The notes beneath the pieces were generated by a model. The model saw nothing but the letters and a program-made list of their open reading frames with translations. It made no database searches and was not told the origin of the DNA. A stretch of 64,000 nucleotides of DNA from Microgenomates group bacterium (GTDB taxonomy: Bacteria > Patescibacteriota > Microgenomatia > Daviesbacterales > UBA10151): NCBI GenBank assembly GCA_041659805.1, contig JBAZXP010000001.1, forward strand, positions 512,589 to 576,588. Direction: 5' to 3'. Both the position numbers and the translations under genes were made by a program. Positions 18,102 to 27,843 of this stretch are shown here, one piece after another (positions within the stretch are counted from its first letter, which is position 1; the number at the start of each line of letters is the position of its first letter).

Positions 18102-18998
18102 ATGAAAAAAATAGCTATAACAGGTTTGAGCGGAGCAATAGGAACCAGATTTATGAAAAATCTTCCTGTGGGTTTTGAATTTTATGACCTTTATCACACC
18201 CATAAGGCATCTTCTGAACAAGTAATAAATAAGCACATAGAGTTGTTGGATCCGAAAAATATTCTTAAATGTTTAGAAGAAGTAAGTCCAGATATGATCA
18301 TACATATGGCAGCTATAACTCATATAGATAGATGTGAGGAGGACAGGAAATACGGAAAAGAAGGTAGTGTTTGGAAAGTTAATGTAGGCGCATCAGATGC
18401 AATATCCAAATATTGTAAAAAAAATCATACGAAACTGATATTCTTATCGACTGAATGTGTTTTTGACGGAGAGGAACCATTATATGAAGAAAAATCTTCA
18501 AAAAATCCTAAAAACTGGTATGGTAGAACTAAAAGTGAAGCCGAGGATATTATTAGAACTAATTTCCCGGAGGCATCAATTATTAGAGCAGTGATAGCTT
18601 ATCATGAAAATGACCTTGAAAAAACCTTATTCGGGAAATTATTGCAATCACTTAAAGATAAAAAGAGTTTTGGTGCAGTAACAGATCAAATAATTACCCC
18701 AACATATACAGATGATATTATCAAATCCATATCCTTATTAATTCAAAAGCCTCAATCAGGAATATTTCATATTTCTCCGGACTCTAAAACAACAATCTAT
18801 GATCTTGCATTTAAGTTGGCGAATAAATTTGGTTTTGATGATTCTTTAATTGTAGGGCAGACTTTGGAAGAGTATTTCGGAGAAGACAGAGCTAAATTAA
18901 GACTTAAAAATTCCTGCTTAAGGGGAGAGCAGACAAAATCTAAGTTAGGATTTGCTCCGTTAACGATAGATGATGTTTTGGATAAAATTAAGCTATGA
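18102..18998 (+). CDS. RmlD-like (dTDP-4-dehydrorhamnose reductase family) NAD(P)H sugar-nucleotide reductase
   Basis: 'IAITGLSGAIGTRF', 'IIHMAAITHIDRCEED', 'LIFLSTECVFDGEEPLYEE', 'YGRTKSEAE' (YxxxK) follow the RmlD substrate-binding-domain family pattern. Confidence 0.55.
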   Translation: MKKIAITGLSGAIGTRFMKNLPVGFEFYDLYHTHKASSEQVINKHIELLDPKNILKCLEEVSPDMIIHMAAITHIDRCEEDRKYGKEGSVWKVNVGASDAISKYCKKNHTKLIFLSTECVFDGEEPLYEEKSSKNPKNWYGRTKSEAEDIIRTNFPEASIIRAVIAYHENDLEKTLFGKLLQSLKDKKSFGAVTDQIITPTYTDDIIKSISLLIQKPQSGIFHISPDSKTTIYDLAFKLANKFGFDDSLIVGQTLEEYFGEDRAKLRLKNSCLRGEQTKSKLGFAPLTIDDVLDKIKL

Positions 18999-20179
18999 AA
19001 ATTTTGCAGATGGTTCCCTATTTCTATCCTGCCTGGGCTTATGGTGGCCCCGCTAAGCTGGTTTATGATACCAGTAAATATTTTGCCGAGTCAGGGCATG
19101 AAGTGACTGTTTATACTTCAGATTCTTACGACGAAAAGAAAAGAATGCCGAAGGAGAAGTATGTAACTGATGTAAAAGGTTTAAACGTGCGTTATTTCAG
19201 GAATATTAATAATAACTTAGCTTATGTTTATAATATATTTTTTACACCAGGTATATTTATTCAATCGCTTAAGGAGTTTAATAAGTTCGATGTAATACAT
19301 TTACATGATTTTTATACCCCTCAAAATGTTTGGATAAGCTTTTTGTCCGAAATATACAAAAAGCCTTATATTTTGAGTGTTCACGGATGTTTAGAGAAAC
19401 AACGGTTGGAGCAGAGAAGTTTATTTAAGCAGATTTTCTTAAAGCTTTTCGGAAAAATGCTATTAAATAATGCCTCCTTTTTAGTGGCAACATCCCTGAA
19501 TGAAATTGTTGCCTACCAGGAGTATGGTATACCGAAAGAAAAAATTGTATTTTTTGGTCATGGAGTAAACCCTGAAGAGTTTCAAACTGAAGTTAGCAAG
19601 TTGGTTGCGAGAAAAAATTTTGGATTAAACCGAAATGATTGCGTTGTTACATTTTTAGGTCGGATTCACCGTATTAAAGGATTAGATAATCTTGTTAAAG
19701 CTATAAGAAGAATAAAAAATCCTAAAATTCATTTTGTAATTGCAGGTTCAAATGATGGTTATTTGCCTCAGCTAAAAAAAGATATCCAAAAGTATAAATT
19801 ACAAAAGAAAATTACACTATGGGGAACATGTTTCGGAGAAGAAAAATCACAACTTTTTAAAGCCAGTGATATTTTTGTATACCCTTCATATTCAGAAGGA
19901 TTTTCATTAGGGATTTTAGAGGCAGCAGCATCAGGTTTGCCACTTGTTATTACATCCGGCTGCCATTTTGATGAGGTTGGTAAACAAAAAGCAGGTATTG
20001 TGGTTGATCCAGATGATGAACAAATAGCAAATGCAATTGAAAAGATAGCAGAGGATTATAAATTAAGGATTCAATTTGGAAAAAATGCTGAAAGATTAAT
20101 ATTTAATGACTTTTCTATGAAAGTAATCGGAGATAGGATTATAACTATCTATCAAAAGGCTGTTAAAATGAGTAGATAA
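18995..20179 (+). CDS. GT4 (GT-B fold) glycosyltransferase
   Basis: 'EGFSLGILEAAASGLPLVITSGCHFDEV' is the E-x7-E motif. Confidence 0.75.
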   Translation: MKILQMVPYFYPAWAYGGPAKLVYDTSKYFAESGHEVTVYTSDSYDEKKRMPKEKYVTDVKGLNVRYFRNINNNLAYVYNIFFTPGIFIQSLKEFNKFDVIHLHDFYTPQNVWISFLSEIYKKPYILSVHGCLEKQRLEQRSLFKQIFLKLFGKMLLNNASFLVATSLNEIVAYQEYGIPKEKIVFFGHGVNPEEFQTEVSKLVARKNFGLNRNDCVVTFLGRIHRIKGLDNLVKAIRRIKNPKIHFVIAGSNDGYLPQLKKDIQKYKLQKKITLWGTCFGEEKSQLFKASDIFVYPSYSEGFSLGILEAAASGLPLVITSGCHFDEVGKQKAGIVVDPDDEQIANAIEKIAEDYKLRIQFGKNAERLIFNDFSMKVIGDRIITIYQKAVKMSR

Positions 20180-20586
20180 TGTTAAACAAATTATCGAATA
20201 TTGGCTTAACAATATTAGTTTTATCGATATTTGTTTTGGTAATCCAAAATTTTTATGTTTCTTACTCAAAAATATTAGATCAATCATTATCAAGTTTATT
20301 TAAACCCGTTTATAAACCTGAAATAATCCTGGCTAAGTCATTAGGCCCTCAATTTCAGATACTCGAGTATATTTCCAAGAGTATTCCTGATTCATCAATC
20401 GTATGTTTTCCTGAAAATTATTATAAAATCGTTTTTAACCAAGACGAAGCTTACTTTCATTATTTTTGGCTTAATAGATCAGCCCTACCGGGAGAAGATA
20501 CCAGTTGTCAGTATAAAATAGAATTATTAGCTAATGAGGATAGACAACAAATTAATATAAATATTATAAATTTAAAAAAATCATGA
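20179..20586 (+). CDS. Hypothetical protein with N-terminal signal-anchor
   Basis: 135 aa, one N-terminal TM ('IGLTILVLSIFVLVI'), no recognisable motif. TAATG overlap upstream and ATGA overlap downstream. Confidence 0.4.
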   Translation: MLNKLSNIGLTILVLSIFVLVIQNFYVSYSKILDQSLSSLFKPVYKPEIILAKSLGPQFQILEYISKSIPDSSIVCFPENYYKIVFNQDEAYFHYFWLNRSALPGEDTSCQYKIELLANEDRQQININIINLKKS

Positions 20587-21944
20587 ACTACGATATATTC
20601 GGATACTTCTTTATATATATTTTCTATACATTATTTTGTTTAATCTGGTTTAAATCAACATTTATTATCAAATTATCACCGGTATTCCTTAGTAGTTTAA
20701 TTGCAAACCTTTCTTTCTTGGGGTTACTTAGCATTATATATCTTATATCCTTGATTTTTTCTGATAATATTTTGATTAATTATTTTTTTAGTTTCTCCTT
20801 TATTCTAATTTTCAGTATTTTTATCAGACAAAAAGTACTGACGAATAGTTCGATAATTACACTTAGAAAAGAAGAAAAATTATCTACAGGCGCAAAATGG
20901 TCATATTCTATTGCACAATCCCTAACATTAATATTTGGTTTGTTTATTCTGGCTAAGCAGTATTCTATTCCTAAATTTGGTTGGGATTCAGTAATCTATT
21001 GGGTGCCAAGAATGAAAGAAGTGGCATCAGGAGGCTTTATGCCATCTCTAAGCATTGGTTTCCCTTCATATCCGCCTTTATGGATTATCATCGGTTCACA
21101 TGCGCTGCACATTAATAGTAATTTTCTCTATCTATTACCCATTGTTCTTATAATTCATTTGGTATTGGCAACAGGAGACTATTTAAAAACAATTTCGGGG
21201 AAAAAGCTCATTCTCTATATTTATCCATTTTTTATACCAACCTTTATCAATTTAATTTTTAGTATGTATGCTTTAGAGCTTTATGCTAATTTTATAGTTG
21301 CTACCTTTTTATCTCTCGCTTTCTTTTTAAATGATCGGTTAGAGGAAAAAAGGATATGGATTTTATTAACCATAGTATTGATTGCTGCTGTGCTTAGCCG
21401 TCCTGAGGCCATTGTTTTTGTCGGACTTTGGTTTATCGTAAAGTTTATTCAATCATATAAAGAGAAACGAATGAAGCCGTTAATTAGATGTGCTATTTTA
21501 ATATTCTTATCATATATTTCATGGACTATTTTTTACATTAGTAATGGCATTTCAAATCCAATTACCGGTTATCTAATTCAGGGAGCTGGACAGATAAATG
21601 AGAATAAATCTTTAGTCGTATCAAAAGCAATTGAGATTTTACAATATAACTTACAAATTATGGCTTTAGATCAAATTTATTGGTTTATTTTGTTTTATGT
21701 TTTGCTAGCTTTTTTGATAAAAGGTTCAAAATTTTGGTTTTTTGTTAATATTCTTTGTTTCAGCTATTTGATTTTTGAGTATTTAACAGTGCCTGTTGCG
21801 GGAAAATCAACTATGAAGTGGTGGTTGCAAACTGGTTATTTAAGAATGTTCGGGGTATTTAGCTTGTGGATTTTCTTTGATTTCTTAATTAAACTAAATT
21901 CGGCTATGGAAATAACTTCGAAAACTCTAAAACGAGGTAAATAA
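20583..21944 (+). CDS. Polytopic membrane protein (about 12 TM), unassigned; candidate Wzy-like polymerase or GT-C
   Basis: Very hydrophobic 453 aa. External loop 'IPKFGWDSVIYWVPRMKEVASGGFMP'. No family signature recognised. Confidence 0.4.
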   Translation: MNYDIFGYFFIYIFYTLFCLIWFKSTFIIKLSPVFLSSLIANLSFLGLLSIIYLISLIFSDNILINYFFSFSFILIFSIFIRQKVLTNSSIITLRKEEKLSTGAKWSYSIAQSLTLIFGLFILAKQYSIPKFGWDSVIYWVPRMKEVASGGFMPSLSIGFPSYPPLWIIIGSHALHINSNFLYLLPIVLIIHLVLATGDYLKTISGKKLILYIYPFFIPTFINLIFSMYALELYANFIVATFLSLAFFLNDRLEEKRIWILLTIVLIAAVLSRPEAIVFVGLWFIVKFIQSYKEKRMKPLIRCAILIFLSYISWTIFYISNGISNPITGYLIQGAGQINENKSLVVSKAIEILQYNLQIMALDQIYWFILFYVLLAFLIKGSKFWFFVNILCFSYLIFEYLTVPVAGKSTMKWWLQTGYLRMFGVFSLWIFFDFLIKLNSAMEITSKTLKRGK

Positions 21945-21945
21945 T

Positions 21946-22632
21946 ATGATAATAAGCAAGATAATCAGGTATAAGAATATAATTTTTGGCATAGACCCAT
22001 ATTTTTTTGAACAAATTAAATGTTTGAGAAAACATTTTGGATCACAAAATGGCGGATGGACAATAGCAGTAGATGGTATTAACAAAAAAAGTATAATCTA
22101 TTCTTTTGGAATTGGAACTGACATATCATTCGATTTGGATTTAATTAATAACTATTCATTAAACGTATATGCTTTTGACCCGACTCCAAGATCTCTTGAG
22201 TGGCTTAAAAAGCAAAAAATTACTAAAAAATTTAGAATTTACCCTTGGGGGATAGCAGATTATGACGGAAAAGAAAAATTTACTCTTCCGCCTCAGGATC
22301 ACTTTGTTTCATTCAGAAAAACAAAAACAGGTTTAACAAAAAACATGATTTCTCTTCCTGTTTACCGGCTATCAACCATTATGAAAAAATTAGGTCATAA
22401 GAAGATTGATATTTTAAAAATGGATATAGAGGGATTTGAATATGGTGTTTTGGAGGATATTCTAAAAAGCCAATTAGATATAAAACAAATTCTGGTGGAG
22501 TTTCATCACCGTTTTTCCGGTTTTAATAAAAATGATACAGAAAAAGCTATTAAAAAACTAAATAAGGCGGGTTATAAGATATTTAATATTTCAGATATAG
22601 GGTTAGAGTATTCTCTAATCAGAAAGGTATAG
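21946..22632 (+). CDS. FkbM-family SAM-dependent methyltransferase
   Basis: 'YSFGIGTDISFDLDL' (SAM-binding glycine-rich motif) and 'DILKMDIEGFEYGVLEDIL' (FkbM KIDVEG-type motif). Confidence 0.65.
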   Translation: MIISKIIRYKNIIFGIDPYFFEQIKCLRKHFGSQNGGWTIAVDGINKKSIIYSFGIGTDISFDLDLINNYSLNVYAFDPTPRSLEWLKKQKITKKFRIYPWGIADYDGKEKFTLPPQDHFVSFRKTKTGLTKNMISLPVYRLSTIMKKLGHKKIDILKMDIEGFEYGVLEDILKSQLDIKQILVEFHHRFSGFNKNDTEKAIKKLNKAGYKIFNISDIGLEYSLIRKV

Positions 22633-22635
22633 GAT

Positions 22636-23490
22636 TTAGGCCTTCTTATTTTGAGATTTAGAACTTTTTAACTTTTCAGAAGCTTCCTTAGAATATTTTT
22701 TATTTTCATCTAAAATAAATTTAGTGAAATTAGTTTTATGAAATTTATCAAACATAATTACATCCGGGATTGTACAATGTCCACCGATAGGGCCCTTAAT
22801 AGGGGTTAATATCGGTCGAACGACATTAGGAAGTAGCTTCTTGTAACCTTCATTATAAATTTTGTTGTGCTTTGTATAAATTTGTTCGAAATTCAAATTT
22901 AAATCTTCAGCAATTTTAGACATCCATTTACAGAAAATTATATTCCAGGCAAAATATGTTAAGTCTAAAAGTTTTGCCGTTTCTGAATTTTCCGCACTGT
23001 CGTATATTTCAACCTTTAACCCTAAAGTTTTAAAATGTTTTTTAGCAAGCGATAAAGAAATATCATCTATGGCCCCAATTATTTTTGGGAAAGTTGATTT
23101 GATGGATTCGTAAAGGTGAGGATGAACGCCTATGACAGGAGAATGTACCATTGGTATGTTTGTATTTTTAAATATTTTTCTTGTGGTTCCTGTTGTGGTG
23201 GTACTATTAATAATTACTAATTTTGGTTTTAGTTCCTTTATATTCTGGGATATTATTTTAATGAAGATCTTAGGATTAATTTCAGGAATGTTGACGTGTA
23301 AGTAATCTATTTTATTGTTTCCGATTTGGTCGTAATCTAATTCTCGGATCAAAACATTATACCCTGCCCTTTCGCAGATTTTAGCCATGGCTTTACCAAT
23401 TTCGCCATATCCTAATATTCCGACTGTTTGTTTTTTGGGAGTTGAGTTGTTCATTAAATTTCTATTATAATGCTTTGACTGTGTTAACAA
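22636..23490 (-). CDS. Nucleotide-sugar dehydrogenase-like protein (UDP-Glc/ManNAc DH N-terminal and central domains only), C-terminally short
   Basis: 'VGILGYGEIGKAMAKI' Rossmann motif, 'LHVNIP' (cf. ICVPTP), 'INSTTTTGTT' (cf. STVPPGTT), 'GPIGGHCTIPDV' (cf. catalytic GFGGSCFPKD). Only ~45 aa follow the catalytic Cys, so the UDP-binding domain is absent. The real start is probably the internal Met (nt 23454). Confidence 0.5.
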   Translation of the reverse strand: MLTQSKHYNRNLMNNSTPKKQTVGILGYGEIGKAMAKICERAGYNVLIRELDYDQIGNNKIDYLHVNIPEINPKIFIKIISQNIKELKPKLVIINSTTTTGTTRKIFKNTNIPMVHSPVIGVHPHLYESIKSTFPKIIGAIDDISLSLAKKHFKTLGLKVEIYDSAENSETAKLLDLTYFAWNIIFCKWMSKIAEDLNLNFEQIYTKHNKIYNEGYKKLLPNVVRPILTPIKGPIGGHCTIPDVIMFDKFHKTNFTKFILDENKKYSKEASEKLKSSKSQNKKA

Positions 23491-23511
23491 TTATAGTGTG
23501 ATGTTAATCAT

Positions 23512-24603
23512 TTGTCTATGAAAAAAATCATTTTAGTTGTGGGTGCAAGACCCAATTTTATGAAGGCTGCACCTCTTTATCGTTACCTAAAGACGCAAAA
23601 TTTATTTAAAGTAATCTTATTGCATACAGGTCAGCATTATGATTACGAAATGTCACAAATATTTTTTGAAGATTTGGATTTACCAAAACCGGATTACTTT
23701 TTAAATGTTCAGTCAGGGTCACATGCTGCCCAGACTGCCAAAATAATGGTTAAGTTTGAAAAAGTTTTATTGAAAGAAAAACCTGAGTTAGTAGTTGTTT
23801 TTGGTGATGTTAATTCAACTGTTGCCTGTAGTCTAGTAGCTAAAAAAATACAAATACCTGTGGCTCACGTCGAAGCCGGTTTGAGAAGCTATGATGATAC
23901 GATGCCGGAAGAAATAAATCGGAGAATAACTGATTCTATTTCTGAAATTTTGCTTACTCCTTCAAAAGATGCGAATTTAAATTTATTAAAAGAGGGTATA
24001 AGCATGGAAAAAATATATTTGGTGGGAAATATTATGATTGATTCTTTAATGACTTCTGTAAGTAAAATGACACAGGGAGCAAAGTTTTTCAACAAATTTA
24101 AAATAGAGGACAAAAAATATTGTTTAGTAACGCTGCATAGACCTTCGAACGTTGATGAAAGAAATAAGTTAACAGAAATTATAGAAAAAGTTAACGAGAT
24201 TAGTCAAAAGATATCAGTTGTTTTTCCTGTTCATCCAAGGACAAATAAAAATTTACATGATTGGGGAATTACTGTAAGCAAAAAGCTCAAATTTATTCCT
24301 CCGTTAGGTTATAAAGATTTTACTTTTTTAGAAAAAAATGCCGGTTTAGTAATCACAGATTCAGGTGGTATTCAGGAAGAAACAACTTTTTTGGGAGTAC
24401 CTTGTTTAACACTTCGTCCAAATACAGAAAGACCAATTACTATTAAATTGGGGACTAATAAATTAGTAACAGAACAGAGCTTGCTGAAAGAAGTTGATTT
24501 TATTTTAAATGAAAAGAATAAAAAAGGGAAAATACCCCCTTTTTGGGACGGGCAAACAGCTTCAAGGATTACGAAAATTTTAACTCAAAAGCTCGGGAAT
24601 TAA
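23512..24603 (+). CDS. wecB: UDP-N-acetylglucosamine 2-epimerase, non-hydrolysing (WecB/MnaA family)
   Basis: 'KKIILVVGARPNFMKAAPLYRYL', 'HVEAGLRS', 'EEINRRITD' are classic Epimerase_2 signatures. Confidence 0.85.
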   Translation: MSMKKIILVVGARPNFMKAAPLYRYLKTQNLFKVILLHTGQHYDYEMSQIFFEDLDLPKPDYFLNVQSGSHAAQTAKIMVKFEKVLLKEKPELVVVFGDVNSTVACSLVAKKIQIPVAHVEAGLRSYDDTMPEEINRRITDSISEILLTPSKDANLNLLKEGISMEKIYLVGNIMIDSLMTSVSKMTQGAKFFNKFKIEDKKYCLVTLHRPSNVDERNKLTEIIEKVNEISQKISVVFPVHPRTNKNLHDWGITVSKKLKFIPPLGYKDFTFLEKNAGLVITDSGGIQEETTFLGVPCLTLRPNTERPITIKLGTNKLVTEQSLLKEVDFILNEKNKKGKIPPFWDGQTASRITKILTQKLGN

Positions 24604-24609
24604 TTTTAA

Positions 24610-25776
24610 ATGAAGATACTAATAGTAATTGATTATTACCAACCAAAGCTGGGGTATAGCGACAGCTTCTTAGCTAAAAATTTTAAAAAATTTGGTCATG
24701 AGGTTAAAATTTTGACCTCTAATTTTTACTTCCCATTTCCCGATTATGATAGTACTGTTAAAAAAGTACTTGGCAAACGAGAATTACCTATAGGTAAGGA
24801 AGTTTATGATGGATTAGAAATATTCCGCCAAAAAATGATTAGGGAAATTTTTACCAGGGCAATTTTTTCCGGACACGAGAGTTTGTTAAATACATTTAAA
24901 CCTGATTTGGTTCTTGTGAATAAGGCAGCAAGCTATAATGCTGTTAGAATGTGTCAGCTTAAAGATCAATTTAAATACAAACTATATTCTTATGATAGCC
25001 ATCTTCCCTCCGAACTCGAACGAGAAAACCTATTTGTAAAAAAGATTGTTTATTTTATCTTTAGACTTTTTTTTGCAAATATAATAAATTCGAGGATCGA
25101 TAAATTCATTGCTGTTCAGGAAAAAACCAAAATTATTTTAAAAGATTTTTATGGTGTTAAGAAAAATATTACAGTAATACCTCTAGGTACTGATACAGAT
25201 AGATTTAAGTTTAATGCAAAAGTGAGATCCGAGATAAGAAAAAAAAATGAGATTGGAAATCAAGATTTTGTTATTATTTATGCCGGAAAATTAATTGAAT
25301 CTAAGGGTGTGGATATTTTATTTAAAGCTTTCAATGAACTTTGTAAGAAAAATTTGCATATAAAGTTGATGATTGTAGGTGAAGGGAGTAAAGAATATAC
25401 AGATTTTTGCCTGTCAAAATTAGATAAGAAATATCATTCCAAAGTAATTTGGATAGAATTTCAGCGTCCTGAAAATTTGTATAAGTATTATTCAGCTTCA
25501 GAATCTGGTGTTTGGCCGCTTCAGGAGTCAACCAGTATGAATGATGCAGCTTCGAATTCTTTGCCGTTTATTGCAAACGATACGGTCGGAGATAAAACCA
25601 GAATAAGTAACAATAATGGTTTACTTTACAAAAAGGGTGACTACAAAGAATTAGCAAAAAAAATAGAATATCTCTATAATAATCCGATGGAAAGAAAACA
25701 AATGGGTAAAAAGGGAAGGGAGCTGGCAGTGGGGAAATTATCATGGGAAATCACCGCTGCTAAATTTTTACAATAA
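24610..25776 (+). CDS. GT4-like (GT-B fold) glycosyltransferase
   Basis: 'MKILIVIDYYQPKLGYSDSF' N-terminal domain, 'VIIYAGKLIESKGVDIL', C-terminal Rossmann-like half. Weaker than the other GT4 calls. Confidence 0.55.
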   Translation: MKILIVIDYYQPKLGYSDSFLAKNFKKFGHEVKILTSNFYFPFPDYDSTVKKVLGKRELPIGKEVYDGLEIFRQKMIREIFTRAIFSGHESLLNTFKPDLVLVNKAASYNAVRMCQLKDQFKYKLYSYDSHLPSELERENLFVKKIVYFIFRLFFANIINSRIDKFIAVQEKTKIILKDFYGVKKNITVIPLGTDTDRFKFNAKVRSEIRKKNEIGNQDFVIIYAGKLIESKGVDILFKAFNELCKKNLHIKLMIVGEGSKEYTDFCLSKLDKKYHSKVIWIEFQRPENLYKYYSASESGVWPLQESTSMNDAASNSLPFIANDTVGDKTRISNNNGLLYKKGDYKELAKKIEYLYNNPMERKQMGKKGRELAVGKLSWEITAAKFLQ

Positions 25777-25777
25777 T

Positions 25778-26947
25778 ATGCTCCGATTTTTGTCTCCAAC
25801 GACAGCTCTCATATGTATTCGTGACTTTCTAGGCGTATTATATCCTGAGCAAAAAAACGAAGCACATATTAAGGCAGGGTTAGATTGGTTGAAATGCGCT
25901 CAAGATAAAAGTGGTGATGGTGGAGTTGCTGCCTGGTATTCATTAGTCACGGGTTGGATGCCATCCTATATTGAAACAACAGGTTATATTGTCAGTACGT
26001 TTCTTCAGTGCTCTAAATATTTTAAAGATATTGATCTTAAAAAAAGAGCTATCAAAATGGGAGATTTTTTGATAAGTATGCAAAATTCAGACGGAAGTTT
26101 CAGACGTCAGGTGCCTCGTGTTACAAGTGATTCTAAACCGATAATTTTTGATACAGGACAAGATATAATCGGATTGGTAGATCTATATAAAGAAACGAAG
26201 GTTTCTAAATATTTGGCTTCTGCAAAAAAAGCCGCAGATTTTCTTTGTTCTGTTCAAGAAAAAAATGGCAGTTGGGTAAGGTTTGAATATGGAGGCTCTG
26301 CTCGAAGTTATGAAACCAGAACCGCCTGGGCTTTATTAAAAGTATATGCAGCAACTAATAACAAAAAGTATAGAGATTGCGGAATAAAGAATTTAGAATG
26401 GGTAGCTAAAAATCAATTGAAGAATGGTTGGTTCAAATACAACAATTTACCATATCCTGATCCTAAAGAGCCTTTGATTCATACTATTTCGTACGCTATC
26501 GAAGGATTTTTATGGTCAGGTGTTTTATTAAAAGAAAAAAAATATATTGATATTGCTAAAAAAGCTGCAGATCAAATATTGGAATACTTCAATAAATTTA
26601 ATTTTTTGCCCGGGACATTTGATAAGGATTGGAAAACAAAAGATCACTATTCATGCTTAACTGGGGATGCTCAAATATCGCTTGTTTGGTTGGAACTATA
26701 TAAAATTACTAAGGAAATTAAATACTTGAGGGAGGCAAAAAGACTAAATGCTTATCTCAAAAAGACTCAGGATATTTCAACATCAAATAAAAATATAAAA
26801 GGTGGGATTAAAGGCAGTTTTCCTATATATGGAGACTTGGTAGGATTTAAGGGTTATTGTAGAATGGCTTATCTAAATTGGGCGGTAAAATTTTTTATAG
26901 ATTCATTATTAACAGAAGAATTAATCACAAGACATCATAAAATATGA
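25778..26947 (+). CDS. Prenyltransferase/squalene-oxidase-repeat (alpha/alpha-toroid) protein
   Basis: Repeated motifs 'LKCAQDKSGDGG', 'LISMQNSDGSFRRQ', 'LCSVQEKNGSWVRFE', 'AKNQLKNGWF' resemble the Q-x-x-DG-[SG]-[WF] repeats of the prenyltransferase beta-subunit / terpene-cyclase fold. Confidence 0.45.
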   Translation: MLRFLSPTTALICIRDFLGVLYPEQKNEAHIKAGLDWLKCAQDKSGDGGVAAWYSLVTGWMPSYIETTGYIVSTFLQCSKYFKDIDLKKRAIKMGDFLISMQNSDGSFRRQVPRVTSDSKPIIFDTGQDIIGLVDLYKETKVSKYLASAKKAADFLCSVQEKNGSWVRFEYGGSARSYETRTAWALLKVYAATNNKKYRDCGIKNLEWVAKNQLKNGWFKYNNLPYPDPKEPLIHTISYAIEGFLWSGVLLKEKKYIDIAKKAADQILEYFNKFNFLPGTFDKDWKTKDHYSCLTGDAQISLVWLELYKITKEIKYLREAKRLNAYLKKTQDISTSNKNIKGGIKGSFPIYGDLVGFKGYCRMAYLNWAVKFFIDSLLTEELITRHHKI

Positions 26948-27843
26948 ATTACTTATTTTCATTTCAAAAAGTGTTGAATCATCCTAATAATAGAAACACT
27001 AAAATTAATACTTTAGGACGTTTATTGCTGTGGAAATTTAACCAGTTATTTTTGAAAAAGACTGTAATTGTTAATTTGACCCCTGAAATGAAATGCCTGT
27101 GTTATCCGGACAGTTCTTTCGGTAGCCTTATTATCTATACAAGGTTTCCCGAATACGAGGAGATGAATTTTATATATGATTATTTGCGTAGAGATGACGT
27201 CTTTTTAGATGTTGGAGCAAATATAGGTGCTCATACCTTAATGGCAGCATCAAAGATTAAAAACGGTAAGATAGTTTCATTTGAACCTTCTCTCAAAGCT
27301 TTGAAATATTTAAAAGAGAATATTCGAATCAACCACTTGGAGGCTTTAGTGACAATTATAGATAAAGTTGTTTCGAACAAGGATGGATATGAAAAATTCA
27401 TTTCAGGTAAGCATTCTGAAATCGATAGAATCGGGCAAAAAGATGATTCATCACAAGTAATTAAGCTGATTTCTTCGATTACTCTTGATAAATTTTTGAC
27501 TTTACATAGAATATCTTTTGTAGATTTTATAAAAATTGATGTTGAAGGTGCGGAGTTTAAAGTTATGGAAGGACTGAAAGGTTATCTAGAAAAAGGAAAA
27601 ATCGGGTTGATTTTATTCGAGGTTAATTCTAATAGTAAATCGTATGGTTATTCTGTTGGAGACATTATTAGTTTCTTGGAAGAAAATAATTATCTTCTTT
27701 ACTCATTGAGGGATAGCAATAAAATAAGTAGATTAACAGACAAAGATCTCAGATCTCACCATACTTTTAATATATTAGCTGTGAATAGATCTAAAAAGAT
27801 ACAAGATAGAATTAATAAATATGTTGTAAAGGCAAATAATTGA
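26944..27843 (+). CDS. FkbM-family SAM-dependent methyltransferase
   Basis: 'FLDVGANIGAHTLMAA' and 'FIKIDVEGAEFKVMEGL' are textbook FkbM motifs. Confidence 0.8.
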   Translation: MNYLFSFQKVLNHPNNRNTKINTLGRLLLWKFNQLFLKKTVIVNLTPEMKCLCYPDSSFGSLIIYTRFPEYEEMNFIYDYLRRDDVFLDVGANIGAHTLMAASKIKNGKIVSFEPSLKALKYLKENIRINHLEALVTIIDKVVSNKDGYEKFISGKHSEIDRIGQKDDSSQVIKLISSITLDKFLTLHRISFVDFIKIDVEGAEFKVMEGLKGYLEKGKIGLILFEVNSNSKSYGYSVGDIISFLEENNYLLYSLRDSNKISRLTDKDLRSHHTFNILAVNRSKKIQDRINKYVVKANN

